From an uncultured bacterium (GTDB taxonomy: Bacteria; Zhuqueibacterota; QNDG01; DTFT01): a stretch of DNA of 64,000 nucleotides. Of this stretch, positions 50,318 to 59,846 are shown piece after piece. The position numbers and the translations under genes are program-made. Location of the stretch: assembly GCA_963736115.1 (NCBI GenBank), contig CAVTNR010000008.1, positions 160,001 to 224,000 on the forward strand, written 5' to 3'. The notes under the pieces are model-generated. The model saw nothing but the letters and a program-made list of their open reading frames with translations. It was not told where the DNA came from and searched no databases. Numbering within the stretch: position 1 is the stretch's first letter; each line of letters opens with the position of its first letter.

Positions 50318-52314
50318 TCATTGCGCCGAGACCGCCCCGAACCTGCAGACCGTGACGCAGTTGCCGCATCCCACGCACTTGTCGGGGATGATGTAATGGG
50401 GCGTCTTGGGATTGCCCAGGATGGCCTCGGCCGGGCAGTTCTTCGCGCACAGCGTGCATCCCGTGCATTTTTCCTTCTCGATCGTGTAGCTGCAGCAGCT
50501 CCGTGCACGCGCCCGCCGGACAGCGGCGCTCGTAGATGTGGGCCTCGTATTCGTCCTTGAACCAGCGCAGGGTCGAGAGCACCGGGTTCGGCGCCGACCG
50601 GCCGAGCCCGCACAGGCTCGTGTCGCGGATGACGCCGGCGAGCCGGTTCAGGTACATGACGCCCTGGAACCGCTCGAGCGCGTCGTTCTCCGTCTCGTTC
50701 GCCCGGCTCCGGGTGATCCGCTGGAGAATTTCCAGCATCCGGCGCGTGCCCTCGCGGCAGGGGATGCATTTGCCGCAGCTCTCCCGCTGGATGAAATCCA
50801 TGAAGAACTTGGCCAGGTCGACCATGCAGGTGTCCTCGTCCATGACCACGAGGCCGCCCGATCCCATCATGGCGCCGACCCGGATCAGCGATTCGTAGTC
50901 GATGGCGATGTCCAGGTTCTGCTCGGAGATGCACCCGCCCGACGGACCGCCGATCTGCACGGCCTTGAATTTCTTGCCGTTCGGAATGCCGCCCCCGATG
51001 TCCTCGACGATGCTGCGGAGCGTGACCCCCATGGCGACCTCGACGAGTCCGGTCCGCGCAATCTTGCCGGAAAGGGCGAAGACCTTGGTCCCCTTGCTGG
51101 TTTCCGTGCCCACCGAGGCGAACGCCTCGGCGCCGAGGGTGATGACGTCGGGCACGTTGGCGAGGGTTTCGACGTTGTTGATCACCGTGGGCTTGCCGAA
51201 CAAACCGCTGGTCGTCGGGAAAGGGCGGCCGGGGCCGCGGCATTCCGCGCTTGCCCTCGATGGAGTGGATGAGGGCCGTCTCCTCGCCGCACACGAAGGC
51301 GCCGGCGCCCTTCTTGATGAGCACCTCGATCTTGAACCCGCTGTCCAGCACGTTGCCGCCGAGCAGGCCGTAGCGGCGCGCCTCGGAGATGGCGTGCTCC
51401 AGACGGCGGATCGCCAGGGGGTATTCGGCGCGGATGTAGACATAGGCCTTGGTGGCGCCGATGGCGTAGGACGCGATCGCCAGTCCCTCCAGGAGCCGGT
51501 ACGGGTCGCCCTCGATCACGGCCCGGTCCATGAAGGCGCCCGGATCGCCCTCGTCCGCGTTGCAGATGAAGTACTTCTGGTCCGCGGCCTGGTCCAGCGC
51601 CAGTTTCCATTTCATGCCCGTGGAGAATCCGCCCCCGCCCCGGCCGCGGAGCCCGCTGTGATGGACGATCTCGCACACCTCGCGGGGCGTCCGGTCGTGG
51701 AGGATCGACGCCAGGGCGCGGTATCCGCCCGCGGCGATGTACGCCTCGAGGCTCGAGGGATCGAGCACGCCGCAGTTGGCCAGCACGCGGCGCGTCTGGG
51801 GCGCGAAAAAGGGGTGTTCGTCGAGAAAGGCAACGCCTTCCCACGGCTGAAGAGAAGCATGCCGGTGCTGGCCGATGCGGCCCCCGGCCGGCGCCGTTCC
51901 ACCGAACACCGCGGACAGGATGGATTCGACTTTATCCTCAGTGGCTTTTCCGAAGGATAGCCGGCAGCGGCCGGGCATCTGGATGTCGACGATGGGCTCT
52001 TCGACGCACAGGCCGATGCAGCCCACCTCCACCACGTCGGCCTTTTGGCCTGCGGCCTCAATCCACGCGCGGATGCGGGCGAGCGTCTTGCCGGCGCCCG
52101 CGCCGAGTCCGCAGGTTCCGGTGCCGACAAAGATCATGGGAATGTCCAGGGCGTTCCGGGAGGCGGCGGCCCCGCGGCCGCGGCGGAATTCCACGCAGGC
52201 CGGGTCTTCGTGGCAGGCCTTGTCGTCCTGCAGGCAGGCGATGAGGTCGGGGCACGGCTTCACGGCCTCGTGGGTGCAGCGGTCGCAGCATTTCCAGGGA
52301 TCAGTTTGCGGCAT
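50318..52314 (-). CDS. hydB: Bifurcating hydrogenase NADH/FMN subunit (NuoF-like), frameshifts near 51215 and 50490
   Basis: [53 protein letters not shown]-terminal 2x[4Fe-4S]. Confidence 0.9.
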
Positions 52315-52783
52315 CGTTCTTCTCTTCCTCTCGGCGGATCGACCGCAGCAGTTTCCGGGTCCCGTCCGGCGTCATGTTCGCGTGAAACTCCCCGTTGATC
52401 GAGATGACCGGCGCCAGGCCGCATGCGCCGATGCAGGCGACGACTTCCAGGCTGAAGAGCCCGTCCTTGGTGGCGGCGCCGGGTTCGATTTTAAGATCGC
52501 GCTTCAGCGCGTCCAGCACCTTGGCGGATCCCTTCACGTGGCAGGCCGTGCCCCGGCAGACCTGGATGTGGTGCTTTCCGTTCGACTGAAAGCGGAACTG
52601 GTTGTAGAAGGTGGCGACGCCGTAGATCTTGCTCGCGGGAAGCCGCAGATGACGGCCGATGCGGGCCACGGCCTCGCGGGACAGGAAACCCTCGCTCTCC
52701 TGGATTTCCTGGAGCAGGGGGATCAGCTGGTCCCGCCTCGCGTTTTTGTATTTTTCGAGTATGGTCTCGACCGCTGGGCTCAT
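52301..52783 (-). CDS. hydC: Hydrogenase [2Fe-2S] subunit (NuoE-like)
   Basis: YGVATFYNQF, CRGTACHVKG, ACIGACGLAP. Confidence 0.93.
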   Translation of the reverse strand: MSPAVETILEKYKNARRDQLIPLLQEIQESEGFLSREAVARIGRHLRLPASKIYGVATFYNQFRFQSNGKHHIQVCRGTACHVKGSAKVLDALKRDLKIEPGAATKDGLFSLEVVACIGACGLAPVISINGEFHANMTPDGTRKLLRSIRREEEKNDAAN

Positions 52784-53424
52784 CCCGTTTCCTTTCGCTG
52801 TCCGGTTTTCGGACCGGAGAAGTAAACCACTTTTTCGACGGCCATGATCATGTCCCGGTTCTCGACATACACGTCCGGCGGAACGATCAGACGGGTGGGG
52901 GCATAGTTCAGAATGCCGCGGACGCCGCCTTCGACGAAGGCGTCCGTCACGGTCTGGGCCGCTCCCGCGGGCACGCAGAGGATGCCGGTGCGGATGCTCC
53001 GGCCGCGGATGATTTCGGAGAGCCGGTCAATGGGATAGCAACGGCATCCGTGTATCACGCGTTCCGTCTTTTCCGGGTCCGTATCGAATGCGGCCGTGAT
53101 CTCCAGGAGAGTCGATCGTCCCTGAAAGTAGGCGAGTATGGCGCGGCCGATGGAGCCGATGCCCGCGAGAGCCACTTCCCGTTTTTCCCGCGGATCCACG
53201 AGCGCGCTGATGCTTTGAATCAGCTTGGCTTTGTCGTAACCGCGCGCCGGAGAGCCGGTATAACCGACCTGCATCAGGTCTCGGCGGACCTGGGCGGGCG
53301 TGAAACCGGCCATGCGGCCGAGCTGGTGGGAATAGATACCTGTTTCGTTTTCAGCGGTTGCCTGTAAAAGCAATCCTCTGTACAGAATCAGGCGTTCAAT
53401 TGTTTTTTCTGAAATTACGCTCAT
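52780..53424 (-). CDS. rex: Redox-sensing transcriptional repressor Rex
   Basis: ERLILYR, AQVRRDL, G.GY, GIGSIG.A, GILNYAP. Confidence 0.93.
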   Translation of the reverse strand: MSVISEKTIERLILYRGLLLQATAENETGIYSHQLGRMAGFTPAQVRRDLMQVGYTGSPARGYDKAKLIQSISALVDPREKREVALAGIGSIGRAILAYFQGRSTLLEITAAFDTDPEKTERVIHGCRCYPIDRLSEIIRGRSIRTGILCVPAGAAQTVTDAFVEGGVRGILNYAPTRLIVPPDVYVENRDMIMAVEKVVYFSGPKTGQRKETG

Positions 53425-53457
53425 TAGATTCGCTTGGTTGCTGTTACTGCAATAACA

Positions 53458-53475
53458 TTGTGAAAAATTTCACAG
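53458..53475. promoter_or_regulatory. Rex operator
   Basis: TTGTGAA-AAAT-TTCACAG, one mismatch to TTGTGAA-N4-TTCACAA, 33 nt upstream of rex. Confidence 0.85.
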
Positions 53476-54226
53476 TCAATATAAATAAAAGGTCTAGGAA
53501 AAGCAAGTGAATTTTCATTCATATTGTAATAAATAATTCAATTCCGGTCTTGCGACGGACTTGATCCTGTTCTCGGGACTGCAGGGATATATAATGTATA
53601 AATTCTTCATTCCTGTGTGAGCCATGTTGCCACGCCCGGTGCTCAATCCAATTTTTTTATTCCTCTACATCCGTCTGACCCGATCCGGCATCCATTTGGT
53701 TTCCGCTTCGTCGGACCGATCATACGTTTCCCGTTCCGATTGAAGACGAATTATGGTTGGGCAATAAATTGGATTCCTCCGTCCGATCGGGCCGAATGTT
53801 CGGTCTTCCGCACTTTCCGTAACGGGTGAAGGTCGAGGTCATTTTTTAATTTTAGATTCGACTGATCAGGAAGGCCCGATTATCTTCTTCCGATTGCCGG
53901 GAAAGCGATGGTAACGATTGGATTCGGAGCCGGCCGGATGACAGAATAACCGGCGGCGTCACGCGGTCCGGGTGCGTTCAACCGGGCGTCCGGAAGCCTG
54001 GAATACTGGTTCCGGTTTTTCCGGATGATCGGTGATCAGGCTTCCGGCCGCTCCGTGAGTCTGATTTTCCGGTCGCGCGAAGTCTTCAATAATTGGCATC
54101 TGTTGGTTGATCCCGCATAGCGGGACGGGGCTACGGCGTCCTTCATTTTACTGGACTTTCTTTTTTTAATAACGTAAATTGATTGAGTGACGTTGATTGC
54201 AATCCCAAAGGTTCCGGAGGACCCAC

Positions 54227-54613
54227 ATGCCCAAACGCATTCTGCTGATCGATGACGACCAGGATTTTGTGAGTATGAACCGGATGGCCCTGGAAAAGGC
54301 CGGATATCAGGTCCTGACCGCGTATGACGGAAAGGAAGGCCTCGAGAAAGCGGTCCGCGAAATGCCCGACTGCATCGTGCTGGACGTGATGATGACCGAG
54401 GAGACCGAGGGTTTCCACACCGCCAAGGCGATACGGGAACATGAAGCACTCAGCCGGACGCCGATTCTCATGCTGACCTCGATCCGAGAAGCCATGGATC
54501 TGCCTTTCAAGTACGAGCCGGACGAACAGTTTCTTCCGGTTACGGAATTCGTCGAGAAGCCCCTGCCGCCCGCCGAGCTGGTAGCCAAGGTAGCGAAGCT
54601 GACGGAAAAGTAG
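54227..54613 (+). CDS. Single-domain response regulator
   Basis: GGAGG RBS, ILLIDDD, LDVMM, LTS, EKP. Confidence 0.9.
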   Translation: MPKRILLIDDDQDFVSMNRMALEKAGYQVLTAYDGKEGLEKAVREMPDCIVLDVMMTEETEGFHTAKAIREHEALSRTPILMLTSIREAMDLPFKYEPDEQFLPVTEFVEKPLPPAELVAKVAKLTEK

Positions 54614-54645
54614 GTGACCGACCAAACGAGTGGAGGAGATGAAAG

Positions 54646-55434
54646 ATGAGAACCGGACGTTTTGTTCTGATCCTCGCCCTGGCGCCGGCTTTCCTCTTCG
54701 GCCAGGCCGCGAAGGAAAAAGGGAAAGTCTTCACTGTCAAATTGGGGCCGACTCATCAGTCCTCCCAGTTCGGACTTGCGGGGAAACGGCTTCAGCCGTA
54801 TGCCGGTCTGGACTATGCTTCGGCCTCGTTCACGGCGGATATGGGCCTGCTCATGTGGGCCGAGAATCCATCGACCCTTGAACTCGTGAAGGCCATGAAA
54901 ATCGGCGCGGTCGTGGAGGGCTCGGTTTCATTCTGGATGCCCCATGCCGGAGTCAAGTACTATCTGGCGGACGGCGAATCGCGGCCGTACGTGTTCGGAG
55001 GCGTGTATAAGAACTTTTCCTCGATCGACGCCGCGCTCGACCTGAAACTCCAGGGGTACGACGAGAACGGGGAGGACGCAGGCGACCCGATTTCGTCCGA
55101 TACGGACCTGCTGGAGGACGATCTGAAGGAATTCGTCGAGAGTCTGCTCAACCACTGGGGCGTGCAGGCCGGGTTCGGGGTCGAGTGGCGCGTCAACAAG
55201 CATTTCGGCATCGGCGGGGAATACGGGGTGAAACTGAATTTCAATTCGGCCGAACAGAAGTTCAATGACACCAGCGCGCTCGCCGTGCTGGGGCTTCTCC
55301 TCGGCGATATGGGGACGAACCCGGAAGCGGGCACGGGCAGCCTGCTCGGGGCTGAACGGACCGATCTCGTCCTCGATCTTTCCGGCAAGTACATCACGAG
55401 CCAGGCGTCGGTGGTGTTCAACTTCTACTTTTAA
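54646..55434 (+). CDS. Outer-membrane beta-barrel protein
   Basis: Signal peptide, RPYVFGG, GFGVEW, IGGEYG, terminal FNFYF. Confidence 0.75.
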   Translation: MRTGRFVLILALAPAFLFGQAAKEKGKVFTVKLGPTHQSSQFGLAGKRLQPYAGLDYASASFTADMGLLMWAENPSTLELVKAMKIGAVVEGSVSFWMPHAGVKYYLADGESRPYVFGGVYKNFSSIDAALDLKLQGYDENGEDAGDPISSDTDLLEDDLKEFVESLLNHWGVQAGFGVEWRVNKHFGIGGEYGVKLNFNSAEQKFNDTSALAVLGLLLGDMGTNPEAGTGSLLGAERTDLVLDLSGKYITSQASVVFNFYF

Positions 55435-55464
55435 TTTCTCCTGACATTTCGGTTTTTTTGTTCG

Positions 55465-55494
55465 GCCGGCTCCAGTGGGGGCCGGCTTTTTTTT
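55465..55494 (+). terminator. Intrinsic terminator
   Basis: GCCGGCTCC/GGGGCCGGC stem plus T8. Confidence 0.8.
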
Positions 55495-55495
55495 C

Positions 55496-55595
55496 AGTTC
55501 ATAATTCATGGTTCATAGTTCATAGTTAACAAAACAGATATACAGCTTTTAAGTCACTTCCTTAACTATGAATCATGAACTATGAACCATGAACT
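55496..55595. repeat. H1 heptamer inverted-repeat element
   Basis: Arms 55496-55527 and 55565-55595. Confidence 0.9.
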
Positions 55596-55644
55596 TTTAA
55601 TGATGAAATTCGGATTTTGTGATGAAATAGTAATAAAAATTTCC

Positions 55645-55698
55645 TTGACATTCCCGAAAAATCAGTTTACTTTATCCAGCCTGACGTTAACGTTAACG
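55645..55698 (+). promoter_or_regulatory. Promoter with perfect palindromic operator
   Basis: TTGACA-N17-TACTTT (55645-55673); CGTTAACGTTAACG at 55685-55698. Confidence 0.7.
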
Positions 55699-55730
55699 CA
55701 AATTCCGCTCCCGGGGGGCCCCGCTGTCGC

Positions 55731-56849
55731 ATGGTCACCATCCGTGAAATCGCCCAGAAGGCCGGCGTCTCCATCGGCACCGTGGACCGGGCCCTGCACA
55801 ACCGGGGCCGCGTGTCCAAGGCGACGCAGGAGCGGATCTCCCGGATCATCGCCGAGTGCCGGTACAAGCCCAATGTGTTCGCGAGCCATCTCTCCCTGGC
55901 CAAAAAGTACACGTTCGCGGTCCTGACCCCGGAGCCCGAGCAGGACGGCCGCTACTGGGAGCTCCCGATGCGGGGCATCCGCAAAGCCGCGGACGAACTG
56001 AAACCCTACCCGATCCGCATCTGGCCCGTCCATTACGACAAATACTCGGAATCATCCTTTTTCAAGGCGGGGGAGAAGATCCTGAAATCCAAGTCGGAAG
56101 TGGACGGCCTCGTCGTCGCGCCCGTGCTCTCCGCCGCCTCCGAAACCTTTGTCCGCAGAATCCCCCCGGCCCTGCCGTACGTGTTCATCGACTCATACGT
56201 GCCGGACACGTCCTGCCTGTCCCGCATCGCCCAGAACCCCTACCGGAGCGGCGCGCTCGGCGCCCGGCTCATGGATCTTCTCATCGGCGGAAAGGGCACG
56301 GTCGCGGTGTGCCGCATCGTCCCGCGCGATTACCACATTGACGACCGGGTCAACGGCTTCACCGAGGCCCTCCGGTTCCGGAAGGACGTGGAAATCGTAT
56401 CCTTCGAGGCCGACCGGAGGACGGATGAGGCTGTTTTCTACCATCTGGCGGAGCGCATTCTGGCCGAACGGCCATCCTGCAACGGCATTTTCGTGCCCAA
56501 TTCGCTGGGCCACCAGGTGGCGCAGCTGCTCAAGGAGCGGGTGCCGCCGGGCCGCATCCATCTCATCGGATATGACCTGGTCGAGCCGAACCTCCCGTTC
56601 CTGAAGGAGGGCTGGATCCGTTTCCTGATCAGCCAGAGGCCGGATGTGCAGGGGTACCAGGGCATTCAGCTTCTGGTTCAGCATCTCCTGCTGAAGAATC
56701 CCGTTCCGGCGGAGATGAATCTTCCCATCGACATCGTCACGGCCGAAAACCTGGACGAGCACGCCGGAACCGACCCGCAGGAACACCGTGGCCCGTCCGC
56801 TGAGACGCGTGAAACGCGCCAGGCCGGCCGAAAGGCTTATAAAAAATAA
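55731..56849 (+). CDS. LacI family regulator of the pentose operon
   Basis: TIREIAQKAGVSIGTVDRALHNRGRVS HTH, IGYDL, ISQRP..QGY. Confidence 0.92.
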   Translation: MVTIREIAQKAGVSIGTVDRALHNRGRVSKATQERISRIIAECRYKPNVFASHLSLAKKYTFAVLTPEPEQDGRYWELPMRGIRKAADELKPYPIRIWPVHYDKYSESSFFKAGEKILKSKSEVDGLVVAPVLSAASETFVRRIPPALPYVFIDSYVPDTSCLSRIAQNPYRSGALGARLMDLLIGGKGTVAVCRIVPRDYHIDDRVNGFTEALRFRKDVEIVSFEADRRTDEAVFYHLAERILAERPSCNGIFVPNSLGHQVAQLLKERVPPGRIHLIGYDLVEPNLPFLKEGWIRFLISQRPDVQGYQGIQLLVQHLLLKNPVPAEMNLPIDIVTAENLDEHAGTDPQEHRGPSAETRETRQAGRKAYKK

Positions 56850-56894
56850 CCTCACCGCGGCGTACGCCGCTTTCACCCCATCATGGGAGGCCGT

Positions 56895-58001
56895 ATGGCT
56901 TATCAGTTGAAGGACCTGCAGTACCAGAAGGCTGCGATCAGCCCCGAAAAGATGCTTGAGAACCTGAAGAAGGACCTGAAAATCCGGACATCAGTGGGGA
57001 TCTGGTATTTCACGCCTGGCGGCGGCCGTTTCCATGACCGTTTCGTCAAGGAAGCTTCCGTTACGGAACGCCTGAAAATGGCCGAGGACCTGGCCAAATT
57101 CGGGGTCACCGGCATCGAGGCGCATTATCCGGACGAGGTGAACGAGGACAATCTGCACCTCTTTCAGCAGCTCGAGAAGAACGCGGGCATCAAACTCATC
57201 GGCGTCCCTTTCTCCCATTTCTACCACACGCGGTTCGAGTTCGGCAGTCTGTCGAGCCCGGATGCGGCCGTGCGCAAGGCGGCGAAGGACATCGCGGTGA
57301 AGGGGCTCCAGCTGGTCCAGGCCGCGGGCGCCGGGGCGGCGATTTCCTGGCCGGGCATGGACGGATACCGCTACATTCACGGCAAGCCCTACATGCAGAT
57401 GTGGGACTGGTTCGAATCCTCCATGGCCGAGGCCCTGGACGAGGTTCCGGGCGTGCGCGTGGCCATCGAACCCAAGGGGTATGAGCCCGCGCCGAACAAC
57501 ATCTACCGCACGACCGCGGAGGGCGTGCTCGCCTGCCAGCGCATCGAGGCGAAGCTGAAGAACCCGAAGAACGTCGAGCTGATCAAGAAGGGCGTGACCC
57601 TCATGGGTCTGAATCCCGAAATCGGCCACGTGAAAATGAGCTTCGAGATGCTGCCCGCGGCCTACGCCATGTGCATGATGGAAGGCCGGCTGGCGCACAC
57701 CCACTGGAACAGCCAGCCCGACGGCAATTACGATCAGGACAACAACGTGGGCGTGGTCAATTTCCCGGAAACCGAGGCCCTGCTGTACACGCTCTGGGCG
57801 CACGGGTATGACGAGTACTTCGGCATCGATATCAACCCCGAGAATATGCCCTTCCAGAAGGCGGTTGAGATCAACGTCATGGCGATCAAGCGTCTCAAGG
57901 AGCGCGTCGCGCGCCTGCCGCACGAGAAGCTGATGGCCTGCCATCTCGATCCCGCCAATCACCGCGGCGAGCTCGAGGAAATTCTCATCAAAAACTGGTA
58001 G
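56895..58001 (+). CDS. Xylose isomerase-like TIM barrel sugar isomerase
   Basis: EAHY, WPGMDG, IEPKGYEP, NPEIGH, HWN..NYDQD, GIDINP metal-binding motifs; upstream of the kinase gene. Confidence 0.8.
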   Translation: MAYQLKDLQYQKAAISPEKMLENLKKDLKIRTSVGIWYFTPGGGRFHDRFVKEASVTERLKMAEDLAKFGVTGIEAHYPDEVNEDNLHLFQQLEKNAGIKLIGVPFSHFYHTRFEFGSLSSPDAAVRKAAKDIAVKGLQLVQAAGAGAAISWPGMDGYRYIHGKPYMQMWDWFESSMAEALDEVPGVRVAIEPKGYEPAPNNIYRTTAEGVLACQRIEAKLKNPKNVELIKKGVTLMGLNPEIGHVKMSFEMLPAAYAMCMMEGRLAHTHWNSQPDGNYDQDNNVGVVNFPETEALLYTLWAHGYDEYFGIDINPENMPFQKAVEINVMAIKRLKERVARLPHEKLMACHLDPANHRGELEEILIKNW

Positions 58002-58010
58002 GAGCGGGCC

Positions 58011-59597
58011 ATGTCCGAATCGCTGTTCGCGGGCCTGGACGTCTCCACCCAGGGCACCAAGCTTGTAGTGATCGACCCCGCCGCCGCCGACGTCGTATTC
58101 GTCGCCGGGGTGAACTACGACGTCGACCTGCCGCAGTACGGCACGAAGGACGGCGTCATGCGCAACCGGGGGGAGGGCGCTTCCGAGTCCGATCCCCGCA
58201 TGTGGATCGAGGCCGTTCGCTGCGTGTTCGCGGCCGCGAAATCCGCGGGTGTCGACTTCGGCCGGATCCGCTGCGTGTCCGTAAGCGGACAGCAGCACGG
58301 TCTCGTGTCGCTCGACGCCGCGGGCGAATTGACCCGCCCGGCCAGCAAGCTGTGGAACGACTTCTCCACGTCGGAGGAGTGCCGCATTCTGACGGAAAAA
58401 CTGGGCGGCCTGAAGGCGGTGATCCGCGAGACCGGCAACAGCCAGCGGACCGGATACACGGCGGCCAAGATCTTCCACATGAAGCGGCATGAACCGCAGG
58501 CGTTCCGGAAAACCGCCACTTTCTTTCTGGTGCACAATTACATCAACTGGGTGCTGACCGGGGGCAAGGAAGGCGGCGTGCGAGTCATGGAGCCCGGCGA
58601 CACTTCGGGCATGGCGCTCTGGAACCCGAAAACCGGGCGCTGGTCCAAAAAGGCGCTCGCCGCGATCGATCCCTCACTGTCGAAGAAGATCCCGCCGGTG
58701 AAACCTTCGGACGCGAGCATCGGCCGCATCGGCGCCGCGTTCGTCCGCGAATTCGGATTCCCGGCGGACTGCAGGATCGACGCGGGATGCGGCGACAACA
58801 TGTACGGCGCGGTCGGCACCGGCAATGTCATGCCGGGCATCGTGACCGTCAGCCTCGGGACCAGCGGCACGGCGTACACGTTCATGAAAACGCCGTATGT
58901 GGACCCGACCGGCGAAATCGCCGCGTTCTGCGACAGCACGGGGCATTACCTGCCCCTGCTCTGCGTGTCCAACCTGGCGAACGGGTACAACGAGATCCTC
59001 CGCCTGCACGGCATCTCTCACGAGGCCTTCAACACGCTTGTGAAGAAAACGAAGCCGGGCAACGGCGGCCGTCTGCTCCTGCCCTGGTACATGGGCGAAC
59101 GCACGCCGGACCTGCCCTGGGCCACGCCGCTGTATTTCGGATTCGGGCTCGACGACTTCACGCCCGAAATTCTCAGCCGCGCCGTGCTGGAGGGCCACGT
59201 CCTGAATCTGTTCGAAGGGTTCTGCCGCATGCCGGTGAAGCCGAAAGAAATCCGGCTCACGGGCGGCATGTCCAAGTCCGAGGCCTGGTGCCAGACCATC
59301 GCCGACGTGTTTGAGGCGGAGACGGTGCCGGTCGAGGGCGAGGGCGCGGCGCTCGGCGCCGCTTTGCACGCGGCATGGGTGTGGAAGAAGGAGTGCGGAA
59401 AGGGCGGCAAGTCCGCCAAGCTTGCCGATGTGGTGAAGCCTTTCGTGAAGCTCGACGAGTCGCGCCGGAAGAAGCCGGTGGCCGAGAACGTCGCGGTGTA
59501 TCGCGCGATGAAGCAGGCCTACTTCGCGCTTTCCGGACGCGTCCGCGGCAAGGGCGGTGAGGATCCGTTCGAGCTGAGAAGCAAAATGAGTTCATAG
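58011..59597 (+). CDS. xylB: Xylulokinase (FGGY family)
   Basis: GLDVSTQGTK, VSGQQHG, KLWND, GDNM.GAVG, SLGTSGT, GERTP, LTGG. Confidence 0.85.
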   Translation: MSESLFAGLDVSTQGTKLVVIDPAAADVVFVAGVNYDVDLPQYGTKDGVMRNRGEGASESDPRMWIEAVRCVFAAAKSAGVDFGRIRCVSVSGQQHGLVSLDAAGELTRPASKLWNDFSTSEECRILTEKLGGLKAVIRETGNSQRTGYTAAKIFHMKRHEPQAFRKTATFFLVHNYINWVLTGGKEGGVRVMEPGDTSGMALWNPKTGRWSKKALAAIDPSLSKKIPPVKPSDASIGRIGAAFVREFGFPADCRIDAGCGDNMYGAVGTGNVMPGIVTVSLGTSGTAYTFMKTPYVDPTGEIAAFCDSTGHYLPLLCVSNLANGYNEILRLHGISHEAFNTLVKKTKPGNGGRLLLPWYMGERTPDLPWATPLYFGFGLDDFTPEILSRAVLEGHVLNLFEGFCRMPVKPKEIRLTGGMSKSEAWCQTIADVFEAETVPVEGEGAALGAALHAAWVWKKECGKGGKSAKLADVVKPFVKLDESRRKKPVAENVAVYRAMKQAYFALSGRVRGKGGEDPFELRSKMSS

Positions 59598-59708
59598 TTC
59601 ATTGTTCTCAGAATACCGGTTCCGGGTTCCGAGTTGTTAAAATGTTCCGCGTTCCGGGTTGTAGGTCCGATATGCCGAGTCCCCGACGGGGACGAGGCTA
59701 TCGGACAT
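59589..59708. repeat. H1 arm, H2 arm and family P palindrome
   Basis: AGTTCATAGTTCAT supplying the xylB stop; GGTTCCGGGTTCCGAGTT; GTAGGTCCGATATGCC..GGCTATCGGAC. Confidence 0.75.
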
Positions 59709-59846
59709 ACACCTGTTACGGTAGACAATCGGCAATCGGGTATCCTCCATCTGGAGGATACCCGACTCTTTTTTTGCCGGCCGGCCGGAGCGGGAACCGG
59801 TTTTCCCGGATCACGTAAAACCTTCAAATGAACGATCGGAAGGGAT

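Noticed and set aside
53480-54200. Hidden gene or RNA in the 700-bp gap between rex and the response regulator
   Set aside because: No convincing RBS-ORF, motif or extended structure; most consistent with a divergent promoter region.
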